Translations under genes and position numbers: made by a program
Part shown: in pieces, positions 13,901 through 28,766 of the stretch
Layout of the letters: every line of letters starts with the position of its first letter
How positions within the stretch are numbered: the first letter of the stretch is position 1
The notes under the pieces: model-generated
What the model was told of the DNA's origin: nothing
Databases searched by the model: none
Seen by the model: the letters and a program-made list of their open reading frames with translations, nothing else
Origin: Auanema rhodensis
Taxonomy: Eukaryota; Animalia; Nematoda
Direction of reading: 5' to 3'
Assembly: GCA_964057225.1 (NCBI GenBank)
Contig: OZ059898.1
Coordinates: forward strand, 868,001-932,000
DNA: 64,000 bases

Positions 13901-15563
13901 AATTAATTTTTTCGTCAAATAACATTGTCCATCGTCTTTGCCTTGAAAAAAGGAATCTAAAAACATCTACTTTTTGCTAAATTATTCTGAAATTTTTCGA
14001 AAAAATTTTTGTCAAAATGTTTTTGGAAGCAATGTTGAGTGTACATGGAAACTCAACATACACTAATGCATCATTTTTCAAACGATCATAACTAATTTTT
14101 GTGTTAAGCGTTTCTCAATGTAGTATAGTGCATTCGATGCGGATTTTTAAGCTGCGTCGTTCTGTGTTATCAGATTTGCGCTAGCTTAAAAATGCACCGA
14201 GATATCAACTGATATAAGTTCACACTTATATCCTCGATTTTCACCCTGAAGAATTAATTTTTTCGTTGAATAACATTGTCCATCGTCTTTGCCTTGAAAA
14301 AAGGAATCTAAAAACATCTACTTTTTGCTGAATTATTCTGAAATTTTTCGAAAAAATTTTTGTCAAAATGTTTTTGGAAGCAATGTTGAGTGTACATGGA
14401 AACTCAACATACACTAATGCATCATTTTTCAAACGATCATAACTAATTTTTGTATTAAGCGTTTCTCAATGTAGTATAGTGCATTCGATGCGGATTTTTA
14501 AGCTGCGTCGATCTGTGTTATCAGATTTGCGCTAGCTTAAAAATGCACCGAGATATCAACTGATATAAGTTCACACTTATATCCTCGATTTTCGCCCTGA
14601 AGAATTAATTTTTTCGTTGAATAACATTGTCCATCGTCTTTGCCTTGAAAAAAGGAATCTAAAAACATCTACTTTTCGCCAAATTATTTTGAAATATTTC
14701 GAAAAAATTTTTGTCAAAATGTTTTTGGAAGCAATGTTGAGTGTACATGGAAACTCAACATACACTAATGCATCATTTTTCAAACGATCATAACTAATTT
14801 TTGTATTAAGCGTTTCTCAATGTAGTATAGTGCATTCGATGCGGATTTTTAAGCTGCGTCGATCTGTGTTATCAGATTTGCGCTAGCTTAAAAATGCACC
14901 GAGATATCAACTGATATAAGTTCACACTTATATCCTCGATTTTCACCCTGAAGAATTAATTTTTTCGTTGAATAACATTGTCCATCGTCTTTGCCTTGAA
15001 AAAAGGAATCTAAAAACATCTTCTTTTTGCTAAATTTTTTTGAAATTTTTCGAAAAAATTTTTGTCAAAATGTTCTTGGAAGCAATGTTGAGTGTACATG
15101 GAAACTCAACATACACTAATGCATCATTTTTCAAACGATCATAACTAATTTTTGTATTAAGCGTTTCTCAATGTAGTATAGTGCATTCGATGCGAATTTT
15201 TAAGCTGCGTCGATCTGTGTTATCAGATTTGCGCTAGCTTAAAAATGCACCGAGATATCAACTGATATAAGTTCACACTTATATCCTCGATTTTCACCCT
15301 GAAGAATTAATTTTTTCGTTGAATAACATTGTCCATCGTCTTTGCCTTGAAAAAAGGAATCTAAAAACATCTACTTTTTGCTAAATTATCTTGAAATTTT
15401 TCGAAAAAATTTTTGTCAAAATGTTTTTGGAAGCAATGTTGAGTGTACATGGAAACTCAACATACACTAATGCATCATTTTTCAAACGATCATAACTAAT
15501 TTTTGTATTAAGCGTTTCTCAATGTAGTATAGTGCATTCGATGCGGATTTTTAAGCTGCGTCG
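10478..15563 (+). repeat. Second 7-monomer HOR, two copies, period 2457 bp
   Basis: Variants recur at +2457: caatc 10925/13382, gtcaaat 11459/13916, gtgttaag 11646/14103, ttcgccc 12137/14594, ttcttgg 12618/15075, gcgaat 12738/15195. ORF pairs 11784/14241 and 12120/14577 agree. Confidence 0.93.
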
Positions 15564-18500
15564 ATCTGTGTTATCAGATTTGCGCTAGCTTAAAAATGCA
15601 CCGAGATATCAACTGATATAAGTTCACACTTATATCCTCGATTTTCACCCTGAAGAATTAATTTTTTCGTTGAATAACATTGTCCATCGTCTTTGCCTTG
15701 AAAAAAGGAATCTAAAAACATCTACTTTTTGCTAAATTATCTTGAAATTTTTCGAAAAAATTTTTGTCAAAATGTTTTTGGAAGCAATGTTGAGTGTACA
15801 TGGAAACTCAACATACACTAATGCATCATTTTTCAAACGATCATAACTAATTTTTGTATTAAGCGTTTCTCAATGTAGTATAGTGCATTCGATGCGGATT
15901 TTTAAGCTGCGTCGATCTGTGTTATCAGATTTGCGCTAGCTTAAAAATGCACCGAGATATCAACTGATATAAGTTCACACTTATATCCTCGATTTTCACC
16001 CTGAAGAATTAATTTTTTCGTTGAATAACATTGTCCATCGTCTTTGCCTTGAAAAAAGGAATCTAAAAACATCTACTTTTTGCTAAATTATCTTGAAATT
16101 TTTCGAAAAAATTTTTGTCAAAATGTTTTTGGAAGCAATGTTGAGTGTACATGGAAACTCAACATACACTAATGCATCATTTTTCAAACGATCATAACTA
16201 ATTTTTGTATTAAGCGTTTCTCAATGTAGTATAGTGCATTCGATGCGGATTTTTAAGCTGCGTCGATCTGTGTTATCAGATTTGCGCTAGCTTAAAAATG
16301 CACCGAGATATCAACTGATATAAGTTCACACTTATATCCTCGATTTTCACCCTGAAGAATTAATTTTTTCGTTGAATAACATTGTCCATCGTCTTTGCCT
16401 TGAAAAAAGGAATCTAAAAACATCTACTTTTTGCTAAATTATTTCGAAATTTTTCGAAAAAATTTTTGTCAAAATGTTTTTGGAAGCAATGTTGAGTGTA
16501 CATGGAAACTCAACATACACTAATGCATCATTTTTCAAACGATCATAACTAATTTTTGTATTAAGCGTTTCTCAATGTAGTATAGTGCATTCGATGCGGA
16601 TTTTTAAGCTGCGTCGATCTGTGTTATCAGATTTGCGCTAGCTTAAAAATGCACCGAGATATCAACTGATATAAGTTCACACTTATATCCTCGATGTTCA
16701 CCCTGAAGAATTAATTTTTTCGTTGAATAACATTGTCCATCGTCTTTGCCTTGAAAAAAGGAATCTAAAAACATCTACTTTTTGCTAAATTATTTTGAAA
16801 TTTTTCGAAAAAATTTTTGTCAAAATGTTTTTGGAAGCAATGTTGAGTGTACATGGAAACTCAACATACACTAATGCATCATTTTTCAAACGATCATAAC
16901 TAATTTTTGTATTAAGCGTTTCTCAATGTAGTATAGTGCATTCGATGCGGATTTTTAAGCTGCGTCGATCTGTGTTATCAGATTTGCGCTAGCTTAAAAA
17001 TGCACCGAGATATCAACTGATATAAGTTCACACTTATATCCTCGATTTTCACCCTGAAGAATTAATTTTTTCGTTGAATAACATTGTCCATCGTCTTTGC
17101 CTTGAAAAAAGGAATCTAAAAACATCTACTTTTTGCTAAATTATTTTGAAATTTTTCGAAAAAATTTTTGTCAAAATGTTTTTGGAAGCAATGTTGAGTG
17201 TACATGGAAACTCAACATACACTAATGCATCATTTTTCAAACGATCATAACTAATTTTTGTATTAAGCGTTTCTCAATGTAGTATAGTGCATTCGATGCG
17301 GATTTTTAAGCTGCGTCGATCTGTGTTATCAGATTTGCGCTAGCTTAAAAATGCACCGAGATATCAACTGATATAAGTTCACACTTATATCCTCGATTTT
17401 CACCCTGAAGAATCAATTTTTTCGTTGAATAACATTGTCCATCGTCTTTGCCTTGAAAAAAGGAATCTAAAAACATCTACTTTTTGCTAAATTATTTTGA
17501 AATTTTTCGAAAAAATTTTTGTCAAAATGTTTTTGGAAGCAATGTTGAGTGTACATGGAAACTCAACATACACTAATGCATCATTTTTCAAACGATCATA
17601 ACTAATTTTTGTATTAAGCGTTTCTCAATGTAGTATAGTGCATTCGATGCGGATTTTTAAGCTGCGTCGATCTGTGTTATCAGATTTGCGCTAGCTTAAA
17701 AATGCACCGAGATATCAACTGATATAAGTTCACACTTATATCCTCGATTTTCACCCTGAAGAATTAATTTTTTCGTTGAATAACATTGTCCATCGTCTTT
17801 GCCTTGAAAAAAGGAATCTAAAAACATCTACTCTTTGCTAAATTATTCTGAAATTTTTCGAAAAAATTTTTGTCAAAATGTTTTTGGAAGCAATGTTGAG
17901 TGTACATGGAAACTCAACATACACTAATGCATCATTTTTCAAACGATCATAACTAATTTTTGTATTAAGCGTTTCTCAATGTAGTATAGTGCATTCGATG
18001 CGGATTTTTAAGCTGCGTCGATCTGTGTTATCAGATTTGCGCTAGCTTAAAAATGCACCGAGATATCAACTGATATAAGTTCACACTTATATCCTCGATT
18101 TTCACCCTGAAGAATTAATTTTTTCGTTGAATAACATTGTCCATCGTCTTTGCCTTGAAAAAAGGAATCTAAAAACATCTACTTGTTGCTAAATTATTTT
18201 GAAATTTTTCGAAAAAATTTTTGTCAAAATGTTTTTGGAAGCAATGTTGAGTGTACATGGAAACTCAACATACACTAATGCATTATTTTTCAAACGATCA
18301 TAACTAATTTTTGTATTAAGCGTTTCTCAATGTAGTATAGTGCATTCGATGCGGATTTTTAAGCTGCGTCGATCTGTGTTATCAGATTTGCGCTAGCTTA
18401 AAAATGCACCGAGATATCAACTGATATAAGTTCACACTTATATCCTCGATTTTCACCCTGAAAAATTAATTTTTTCGTTGAATAACATTGTCCATCGTCT

Positions 18501-21299
18501 TTGCCTTGAAAAAAGGAATCTAAAAACATCTACTTTTTGCTAAAATATTTTGAAAATTTTCGAAAAAATTTTTGTCAAAATGTTTTTGGAAGCAATGTTG
18601 AGTGTACATGGAAACTCAACATACACTAATGCATCATTTTTCAAACGATCATAACTAATTTTTGTATTAAGCGTTTCTCAATGTAGTATAGTGCATTCGA
18701 TGCGGATTTTTAAGCTGCGTCGATCTGTGTTATCAGATTTGCGCTAGCTTAAAAATGCACCGAGATATCAACTGATATAAGTTCACACTTATATCCTCGA
18801 TTTTCACCCTGAAGAATTAATTTTTTCGTTGAATAACAATGTCCATCGTCTTTGCCTTGAAAAAAGGAATCTAAAAACATCTACTTTTTGCTAAATTATT
18901 TTGAAATTTTTCGAAAAAATTTTTGTCAAAATGTTTTTGGAAGCAATGTTGAGTGTACATGGAAACTCAACATACACTAATGCATCATTTTTCAAACGAT
19001 CATAACTAATTTTTGTATTAAGCGTTTCTCAATGTAGTATAGTGCATTCGATGCGGATTTTTAAGCTGCGTCGATCTGTGTTATCAGATTTGCGCTAGCT
19101 TAAAAATGCACCGAGATATCAACTGATATAAGTTCACACTTATATCCTCGATTTTCACCCTGAAGAATTAATTTTTTCGTTGAATAACATTGTCCATCGT
19201 CTTTGCCTTGAAAAAAGGAATCTAAAAACATCTACTTTTTGCTAAATTATTTTGAAATTTTTCGAAAAAATTTTTGTCAAAATGTTTTTGGAAGCAATGT
19301 TGAGTGTACATGGAAACTCAACATACACTAATGCATCATTTTTCAAACGATCATAACTAATTTTTGTATTAAGCGTTTCTCAATGTAGTATAGTGCATTC
19401 GATGCGGATTTTTAAGCTGCGTCGATCTGTGTTATCAGATTTGCGCTAGCTTAAAAATGCACCGAGATATCAACTGATATAAGTTCACACTTATATCCTC
19501 GATTTTCACCCTGAAGAATTAATTTTTTCGTTGAATAACATTGTCCATCGTCTTTGCCTTGAAAAAAGGAATCTAAAAACATCTACTTGTTGCTAAATTA
19601 TTTTGAAATTTTTCGAAAAAATTTTTGTCAAAATGTTTTTGGAAGCAATGTTGAGTGTACATGGAAACTCAACATACACTAATGCATTATTTTTCAAACG
19701 ATCATAACTAATTTTTGTATTAAGCGTTTCTCAATGTAGTATAGTGCATTCGATGCGGATTTTTAAGCTGCGTCGATCTGTGTTATCAGATTTGCGCTAG
19801 CTTAAAAATCCACCGAGATATCAACTGATATAAGTTCACACTTATATCCTCGATTTTCACCCTGAAGAATTAATTTTTTCGTTGAATAACATTGTCCATC
19901 GTCTTTGCCTTGAAAAAAGGAATCTAAAAACATCTACTTTTTGCTAAAATATTTTGAAAATTTTCGAAAAAATTTTTGTCAAAATGTTTTTGGAAGCAAT
20001 GTTGAGTGTACATGGAAACTCAACATACACTAATGCATCATTTTTCAAACGATCATAACTAATTTTTGTATTAAGCGTTTCTCAATGTAGTATAGTGCAT
20101 TCGATGCGGATTTTTAAGCTGCGTCGATCTGTGTTATCAGATTTGCGCTAGCTTAAAAATGCACCGAGATATCAACTGATATAAGTTCACACTTATATCC
20201 TCGATTTTCACCCTGAAGAATTAATTTTTTCGTTGAATAACATTGTCCATCGTCTTTGCCTTGAAAAAAGGAATCTAAAAACATCTACTTGTTGCTAAAT
20301 TATTTTGAAATTTTTCGAAAAAATTTTTGTCAAAATGTTTTTGGAAGCAATGTTGAGTGTACATGGAAACTCAACATACACTAATGCATTATTTTTCAAA
20401 CGATCATAACTAATTTTTGTATTAAGCGTTTCTCAATGTAGTATAGTGCATTCGATGCGGATTTTTAAGCTGCGTCGATCTGTGTTATCAGATTTGCGCT
20501 AGCTTAAAAATGCACCGAGATATCAACTGATATAAGTTCACACTTATATCCTCGATTTTCACCCTGAAGAATTAATTTTTTCGTTGAATAACATTGTCCA
20601 TCGTCTTTGCCTTGAAAAAAGGAATCTAAAAACATCTACTTTTTGCTAAATTATTTTGAAATTTTTCGAAAAAATTTTTGTCAAAATGTTTTTGGAAGCA
20701 ATGTTGAGTGTACATGGAAACTCAACATACACTAATGCATCATTTTTCAAACGATCATAACTAATTTTTGTATTAAGCGTTTCTCAATGTAGTATAGTGC
20801 ATTCGATGCGGATTTTTAAGCTGCGTCGATCTGTGTTATCAGATTTGCGCTAGCTTAAAAATGCACCGAGATATCAACTGATATAAGTTCACACTTATAT
20901 CCTCGATTTTCACCCTGAAGAATCAATTTTTTCGTTGAATAACATTGTCCATCGTCTTTGCCTTGAAAAAAGGAATCTAAAAACATCTACTTTTTGCTAA
21001 ATTATTTTGAAATTTTTCGAAAAAATTTTTGTCAAAATGTTTTTGGAAGCAATGTTGAGTGTACATGGAAACTCAACATACACTAATGCATCATTTTTCA
21101 AACGATCATAACTAATTTTTGTATTAAGCGTTTCTCAATGTAGTATAGTGCATTCGATGCGGATTTTTAAGCTGCGTCGATCTGTGTTATCAGATTTGCG
21201 CTAGCTTAAAAATGCACCGAGATATCAACTGATATAAGTTCACACTTATATCCTCGATTTTCACCCTGAAGAATTAATTTTTTCGTTGAATAACATTGT

Positions 21300-24200
21300 C
21301 CATCGTCTTTGCCTTGAAAAAAGGAATCTAAAAACATCTACTTGTTGCTAAATTATTTTGAAATTTTTCGAAAAAATTTTTGTCAAAATGTTTTTGGAAG
21401 CAATGTTGAGTGTACATGGAAACTCAACATACACTAATGCATTATTTTTCAAACGATCATAACTAATTTTTGTATTAAGCGTTTCTCAATGTAGTATAGT
21501 GCATTCGATGCGGATTTTTAAGCTGCGTCGATCTGTGTTATCAGATTTGCGCTAGCTTAAAAATGCACCGAGATATCAACTGATATAAGTTCACACTTAT
21601 ATCCTCGATTTTCACCCTGAAAAATTAATTTTTTCGTTGAATAACATTGTCCATCGTCTTTGCCTTGAAAAAAGGAATCTAAAAACATCTACTTTTTGCT
21701 AAAATATTTTGAAAATTTTCGAAAAAATTTTTGTCAAAATGTTTTTGGAAGCAATGTTGAGTGTACATGGAAACTCAACATACACTAATGCATCATTTTT
21801 CAAACGATCATAACTAATTTTTGTATTAAGCGTTTCTCAATGTAGTATAGTGCATTCGATGCGGATTTTTAAGCTGCGTCGATCTGTGTTATCAGATTTG
21901 CGCTAGCTTGAAAATGCACCGAGATATCAACTGATATAAGTTCACACTTATATCCTCGATTTTCACCCTGAAGAATTAATTTTTTCGTTGAATAACATTG
22001 TCCATCGTCTTTGCCTTGAAAAAAGGAATCTAAAAACATCTACTTGTTGCTAAATTATTTTGAAATTTTTCGAAAAAATTTTTGTCAAAATGTTTTTGGA
22101 AGCAATGTTGAGTGTACATGGAAACTCAACATACACTAATGCATTATTTTTCAAACGATCATAACTAATTTTTGTATTAAGCGTTTCTCAATGTAGTATA
22201 GTGCATTCGATGCGGATTTTTAAGCTGCGTCGATCTGTGTTATCAGATTTGCGCTAGCTTAAAAATCCACCGAGATATCAACTGATATAAGTTCACACTT
22301 ATATCCTCGATTTTCACCCTGAAGAATTAATTTTTTCGTTGAATAACATTGTCCATCGTCTTTGCCTTGAAAAAAGGAATCTGAAAACATCTACTTTTTG
22401 CTAAATTATTTTGAAATTTTTCGAAAAAATTTTTGTCAAAATGTTTTTGGAAGCAATGTTGAGTGTACATGGAAACTCAACATACACTAATGCATCATTT
22501 TTCAAACGATCATAACTAATTTTTGTATTAAGCGTTTCTCAATGTAGTATAGTGCATTCGATGCGGATTTTTAAGCTGCGTCGATCTGTGTTATCAGATT
22601 TGCGCTAGCTTAAAAATGCACCGAGATATCAACTGATATAAGTTCACACTTATATCCTCGATTTTCACCCTGAAGAATTAATTTTTTCGTTGAATAACAT
22701 TGTCCATCGTCTTTGCCTTGAAAAAAGGAATCTAAAAACATCTACTTGTTGCTAAATTATTTTGAAATTTTTCGAAAAAATTTTTGTCAAAATGTTTTTG
22801 GAAGCAATGTTGAGTGTACATGGAAACTCAACATACACTAATGCATTATTTTTCAAACGATCATAACTAATTTTTGTATTAAGCGTTTCTCAATGTAGTA
22901 TAGTGCATTCGATGCGGATTTTTAAGCTGCGTCGATCTGTGTTATCAGATTTGCGCTAGCTTAAAAATGCACCGAGATATCAACTGATATAAGTTCACAC
23001 TTATATCCTCGATTTTCACCCTGAAGAATTAATTTTTTCGTTGAATAACATTGTCCATCGTCTTTGCCTTGAAAAAAGGAATCTAAAAACATCTACTTTT
23101 TGCTAAATTATTTTGAAATTTTTCGAAAAAATTTTTGTCAAAATGTTTTTGGAAGCAATGTTGAGTGTACATGGAAACTCAACATACACTAATGCATCAT
23201 TTTTCAAACGATCATAACTAATTTTTGTATTAAGCGTTTCTCAATGTAGTATAGTGCATTCGATGCGGATTTTTAAGCTGCGTCGATCTGTGTTATCAGA
23301 TTTGCGCTAGCTTAAAAATGCACCGAGATATCAACTGATATAAGTTCACACTTATATCCTCGATTTTCACCCTGAAGAATTAATTTTTTCGTTGAATAAC
23401 ATTGTCCATCGTCTTTGCCTTGAAAAAAGGAATCTAAAAACATCTACTTTTTGCTAAATTATTTTGAAATTTTTCGAAAAAATTTTTGTCAAAATGTTTT
23501 TGGAAGCAATGTTGAGTGTACATGGAAACTCAACATACACTAATGCATCATTTTTCAAACGATCATAACTAATTTTTGTATTAAGCGTTTCTCAATGTAG
23601 TATAGTGCATTCGATGCGGATTTTTAAGCTGCGTCGATCTGTGTTATCAGATTTGCGCTAGCTTAAAAATGCACCGAGATATCAACTGATATAAGTTCAC
23701 ACTTATATCCTCGATTTTCACCCTGAAGAATTAATTTTTTCGTTGAATAACATTGTCCATCGTCTTTGCCTTGAAAAAAGGAATCTAAAAACATCTACTT
23801 GTTGCTAAATTATTTTGAAATTTTTCGAAAAAATTTTTGTCAAAATGTTTTTGGAAGCAATGTTGAGTGTACATGGAAACTCAACATACACTAATGCATT
23901 ATTTTTCAAACGATCATAACTAATTTTTGTATTAAGCGTTTCTCAATGTAGTATAGTGCATTCGATGCGGATTTTTAAGCTGCGTCGATCTGTGTTATCA
24001 GATTTGCGCTAGCTTAAAAATCCACCGAGATATCAACTGATATAAGTTCACACTTATATCCTCGATTTTCACCCTGAAGAATTAATTTTTTCGTTGAATA
24101 ACATTGTCCATCGTCTTTGCCTTGAAAAAAGGAATCTAAAAACATCTACTTGTTGCTAAATTATTTTGAAATTTTTCGAAAAAATTTTTGTCAAAATGTT

Positions 24201-27200
24201 TTTGGAAGCAATGTTGAGTGTACATGGAAACTCAACATACACTAATGCATTATTTTTCAAACGATCATAACTAATTTTTGTATTAAGCGTTTCTCAATGT
24301 AGTATAGTGCATTCGATGCGGATTTTTAAGCTGCGTCGATCTGTGTTATCAGATTTGCGCTAGCTTAAAAATCCACCGAGATATCAACTGATATAAGTTC
24401 ACACTTATATCCTCGATTTTCACCCTGAAGAATTAATTTTTTCGTTGAATAACATTGTCCATCGTCTTTGCCTTGAAAAAAGGAATCTAAAAACATCTAC
24501 TTTTTGCTAAAATATTTTGAAAATTTTCGAAAAAATTTTTGTCAAAATGTTTTTGGAAGCAATGTTGAGTGTACATGGAAACTCAACATACACTAATGCA
24601 TCATTTTTCAAACGATCATAACTAATTTTTGTATTAAGCGTTTCTCAATGTAGTATAGTGCATTCGATGCGGATTTTTAAGCTGCGTCGATCTGTGTTAT
24701 CAGATTTGCGCTAGCTTAAAAATGCACCGAGATATCAACTGATATAAGTTCACACTTATATCCTCGATTTTCACCCTGAAGAATTAATTTTTTCGTTGAA
24801 TAACATTGTCCATCGTCTTTGCCTTGAAAAAAGGAATCTAAAAACATCTACTTGTTGCTAAATTATTTTGAAATTTTTCGAAAAAATTTTTGTCAAAATG
24901 TTTTTGGAAGCAATGTTGAGTGTACATGGAAACTCAACATACACTAATGCATCATTTTTCAAACGATCATAACTAATTTTTGTATTAAGCGTTTCTCAAT
25001 GTAGTATAGTGCATTCGATGCGGATTTTTAAGCTGCGTCGATCTGTGTTATCAGATTTGCGCTAGCTTAAAAATGCACCGAGATATCAACTGATATAAGT
25101 TCACACTTATATCCTCGATTTTCACCCTGAAGAATTAATTTTTTCGTTGAATAACATTGTCCATCGTCTTTGCCTTGAAAAAAGGAATCTAAAAACATCT
25201 ACTTTTTGCTAAATTATTTTGAAATTTTTCGAAAAAATTTTTGTCAAAATGTTTTTGGAAGCAATGTTGAGTGTACATGGAAACTCAACATACACTAATG
25301 CATCATTTTTCAAACGATCATAACTAATTTTTGTATTAAGCGTTTCTCAATGTAGTATAGTGCATTCGATGCGGATTTTTAAGCTGCGTCGATCTGTGTT
25401 ATCAGATTTGCGCTAGCTTAAAAATGCACCGAGATATCAACTGATATAAGTTCACACTTATATCCTCGATTTTCACCCTGAAGAATTAATTTTTTCGTTG
25501 AATAACATTGTCCATCGTCTTTGCCTTGAAAAAAGGAATCTAAAAACATCTACTTGTTGCTAAATTATTTTGAAATTTTTCGAAAAAATTTTTGTCAAAA
25601 TGTTTTTGGAAGCAATGTTGAGTGTACATGGAAACTCAACATACACTAATGCATTATTTTTCAAACGATCATAACTAATTTTTGTATTAAGCGTTTCTCA
25701 ATGTAGTATAGTGCATTCGATGCGGATTTTTAAGCTGCGTCGATCTGTGTTATCAGATTTGCGCTAGCTTAAAAATGCACCGAGATATCAACTGATATAA
25801 GTTCACACTTATATCCTCGATTTTCACCCTGAAGAATTAATTTTTTCGTTGAATAACATTGTCCATCGTCTTTGCCTTGAAAAAAGGAATCTAAAAACAT
25901 CTACTTTTTGCTAAATTATTTTGAAATTTTTCGAAAAAATTTTTGTCAAAATGTTTTTGGAAGCAATGTTGAGTGTACATGGAAACTCAACATACACTAA
26001 TGCATCATTTTTCAAACGATCATAACTAATTTTTGTATTAAGCGTTTCTCAATGTAGTATAGTGCATTCGATGCGGATTTTTAAGCTGCGTCGATCTGTG
26101 TTATCAGATTTGCGCTAGCTTAAAAATGCACCGAGATATCAACTGATATAAGTTCACACTTATATCCTCGATTTCACCCTGAAGAATTAATTTTTTCGTT
26201 GAATAACATTGTCCATCGTCTTTGCCTTGAAAAAAGGAATCTAAAAACATCTACTTTTTGCTAAATTATTTTGAAATTTTTCGAAAAAATTTTTGTCAAA
26301 ATGTTTTTGGAAGCAATGTTGAGTGTACATGGAAACTCAACATACACTAATGCATCATTTTTCAAACGATCATAACTAATTTTTGTATTAAGCGTTTCTC
26401 AATGTAGTATAGTGCATTCGATGCGGATTTTTAAGCTGCGTCGATCTGTGTTATCAGATTTGCGCTAGCTTAAAAATGCACCGAGATATCAACTGATATA
26501 AGTTCACACTTATATCCTCGATTTTCACCCTGAAGAATTAATTTTTTCGTTGAATAACATTGTCCATCGTCTTTGCCTTGAAAAAAGGAATCTAAAAACA
26601 TCTACTTGTTGCTAAATTATTTTGAAATTTTTCGAAAAAATTTTTGTCAAAATGTTTTTGGAAGCAATGTTGAGTGTACATGGAAACTCAACATACACTA
26701 ATGCATTATTTTTCAAACGATCATAACTAATTTTTGTATTAAGCGTTTCTCAATGTAGTATAGTGCATTCGATGCGGATTTTTAAGCTGCGTCGATCTGT
26801 GTTATCAGATTTGCGCTAGCTTAAAAATCCACCGAGATATCAACTGATATAAGTTCACACTTATATCCTCGATTTTCACCCTGAAGAATTAATTTTTTCG
26901 TTGAATAACATTGTCCATCGTCTTTGCCTTGAAAAAAGGAATCTAAAAACATCTACTTGTTGCTAAATTATTTTGAAATTTTTCGAAAAAATTTTTGTCA
27001 AAATGTTTTTGGAAGCAATGTTGAGTGTACATGGAAACTCAACATACACTAATGCATTATTTTTCAAACGATCATAACTAATTTTTGTATTAAGCGTTTC
27101 TCAATGTAGTATAGTGCATTCGATGCGGATTTTTAAGCTGCGTCGATCTGTGTTATCAGATTTGCGCTAGCTTAAAAATCCACCGAGATATCAACTGATA

Positions 27201-27250
27201 TAAGTTCACACTTATATCCTCGATTTTCACCCTGAAGAATTAATTTTTTC
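21300..27250 (+). repeat. Imperfect about 8-monomer HOR, period about 2807-2808 bp
   Basis: The acttgttg variant occurs at 21344, 22046, 22748, 23801, 24152, 24854, 25556, 26608 and 26959 (monomer spacing 2,2,3,1,2,2,3,1). atccacc pairs at 24022/26829 and 24373/27180. Confidence 0.7.
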
Positions 27251-28566
27251 GTTGAATAACATTGTCCATCGTCTTTGCCTTGAAAAAAGAAATCTGAAAA
27301 CATCTACTTTTTGCTAAATTATTTTGAAATTTTTCGAAAAAATTTTTGTCAAAATGTTTTTGGAAGCAATGTTGAGTGTACATGGAAACTCAACATACAC
27401 TAATGCATCATTTTTCAAACGATCATAACTAATTTTTGTATTAAGCGTTTCTCAATGTAGTATAGTGCATTCGATGCGGATTTTTAAGCTGCGTCGATCT
27501 GTGTTATCAGATTTGCGCTAGCTTAAAAATGCACCGAGATATCAACTGATATAAGTTCACACTTATATCCTCGATTTTCACCCTGAAGAATTAATTTTTT
27601 CGTTGAATAACATTGTCCATCGTCTTTGCCTTGAAAAAAGGAATCTAAAAACATCTACTTTTTGCTAAATTATTTTGAAATTTTTCGAAAAAATTTTTGT
27701 CAAAATGTTTTTGGAAGCAATGTTGAGTGTACATGGAAACTCAACATACACTAATGCATCATTTTTCAAACGATCATAACTAATTTTTGTATTAAGCGTT
27801 TCTCAATGTAGTATAGTGCATTCGATGCGGATTTTTAAGCTGCGTCGATCTGTGTTATCAGATTTGCGCTAGCTTAAAAATGCACCGAGATATCAACTGA
27901 TATAAGTTCACACTTATATCCTCGATTTTCACCCTGAAGAATTAATTTTTTCGTTGAATAACATTGTCCATCGTCTTTGCCTTGAAAAAAGGAATCTAAA
28001 AACATCTACTTTTTGCTAAATTATTCTGAAATTTTTCGAAAAAATTTTTGTCAAAATGTTTTTGGAAGCAATGTTGAGTGTACATGGAAACTCAACATAC
28101 ACTAATGCATCATTTTTCAAACGATCATAACTAATTTTTGTATTAAGCGTTTCTCAATGTAGTATAGTGCATTCGATGCGGATTTTTAAGCTGCGTCGAT
28201 CTGTGTTATCAGATTTGCGCTAGCTTAAAAATGCACCGAGATATCAACTGATATAAGTTCACACTTATATCCTCGATTTTCACCCTGAAGAATTAATTTT
28301 TTCGTTGAATAACATTGTCCATCGTCTTTGCCTTGAAAAAAGAAATCTGAAAACATCTACTTTTTGCTAAATTATTTTGAAATTTTTCGAAAAAATTTTT
28401 GTCAAAATGTTTTTGGAAGCAATGTTGAGTGTACATGGAAACTCAACATACACTAATGCATCATTTTTCAAACGATCATAACTAATTTTTGTATTAAGCG
28501 TTTCTCAATGTAGTATAGTGCATTCGATGCGGATTTTTAAGCTGCGTCGATCTGTGTTATCAGATT

Positions 28567-28766
28567 NNNNNNNNNNNNNNNNNNNNNNNNNNNNNNNNNN
28601 NNNNNNNNNNNNNNNNNNNNNNNNNNNNNNNNNNNNNNNNNNNNNNNNNNNNNNNNNNNNNNNNNNNNNNNNNNNNNNNNNNNNNNNNNNNNNNNNNNNN
28701 NNNNNNNNNNNNNNNNNNNNNNNNNNNNNNNNNNNNNNNNNNNNNNNNNNNNNNNNNNNNNNNNNN
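28567..28766. other. Assembly gap (200 N placeholder)
   Basis: Run of exactly 200 N. The flanks are at monomer positions 134 and 55, so a continuous array would need 271+351n bp, not 200. Confidence 0.99.

Larger units (their letters stand above)
1..28566 (+). repeat. Tandem satellite array, 351-bp monomer (left contig, about 81 copies)
   Basis: The start motif acatggaaactcaacatac recurs at 1, 352, 703 ... 7021 (20 x 351). Monomers differ from consensus by only a few SNPs, and all have the same orientation. Confidence 0.99.
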
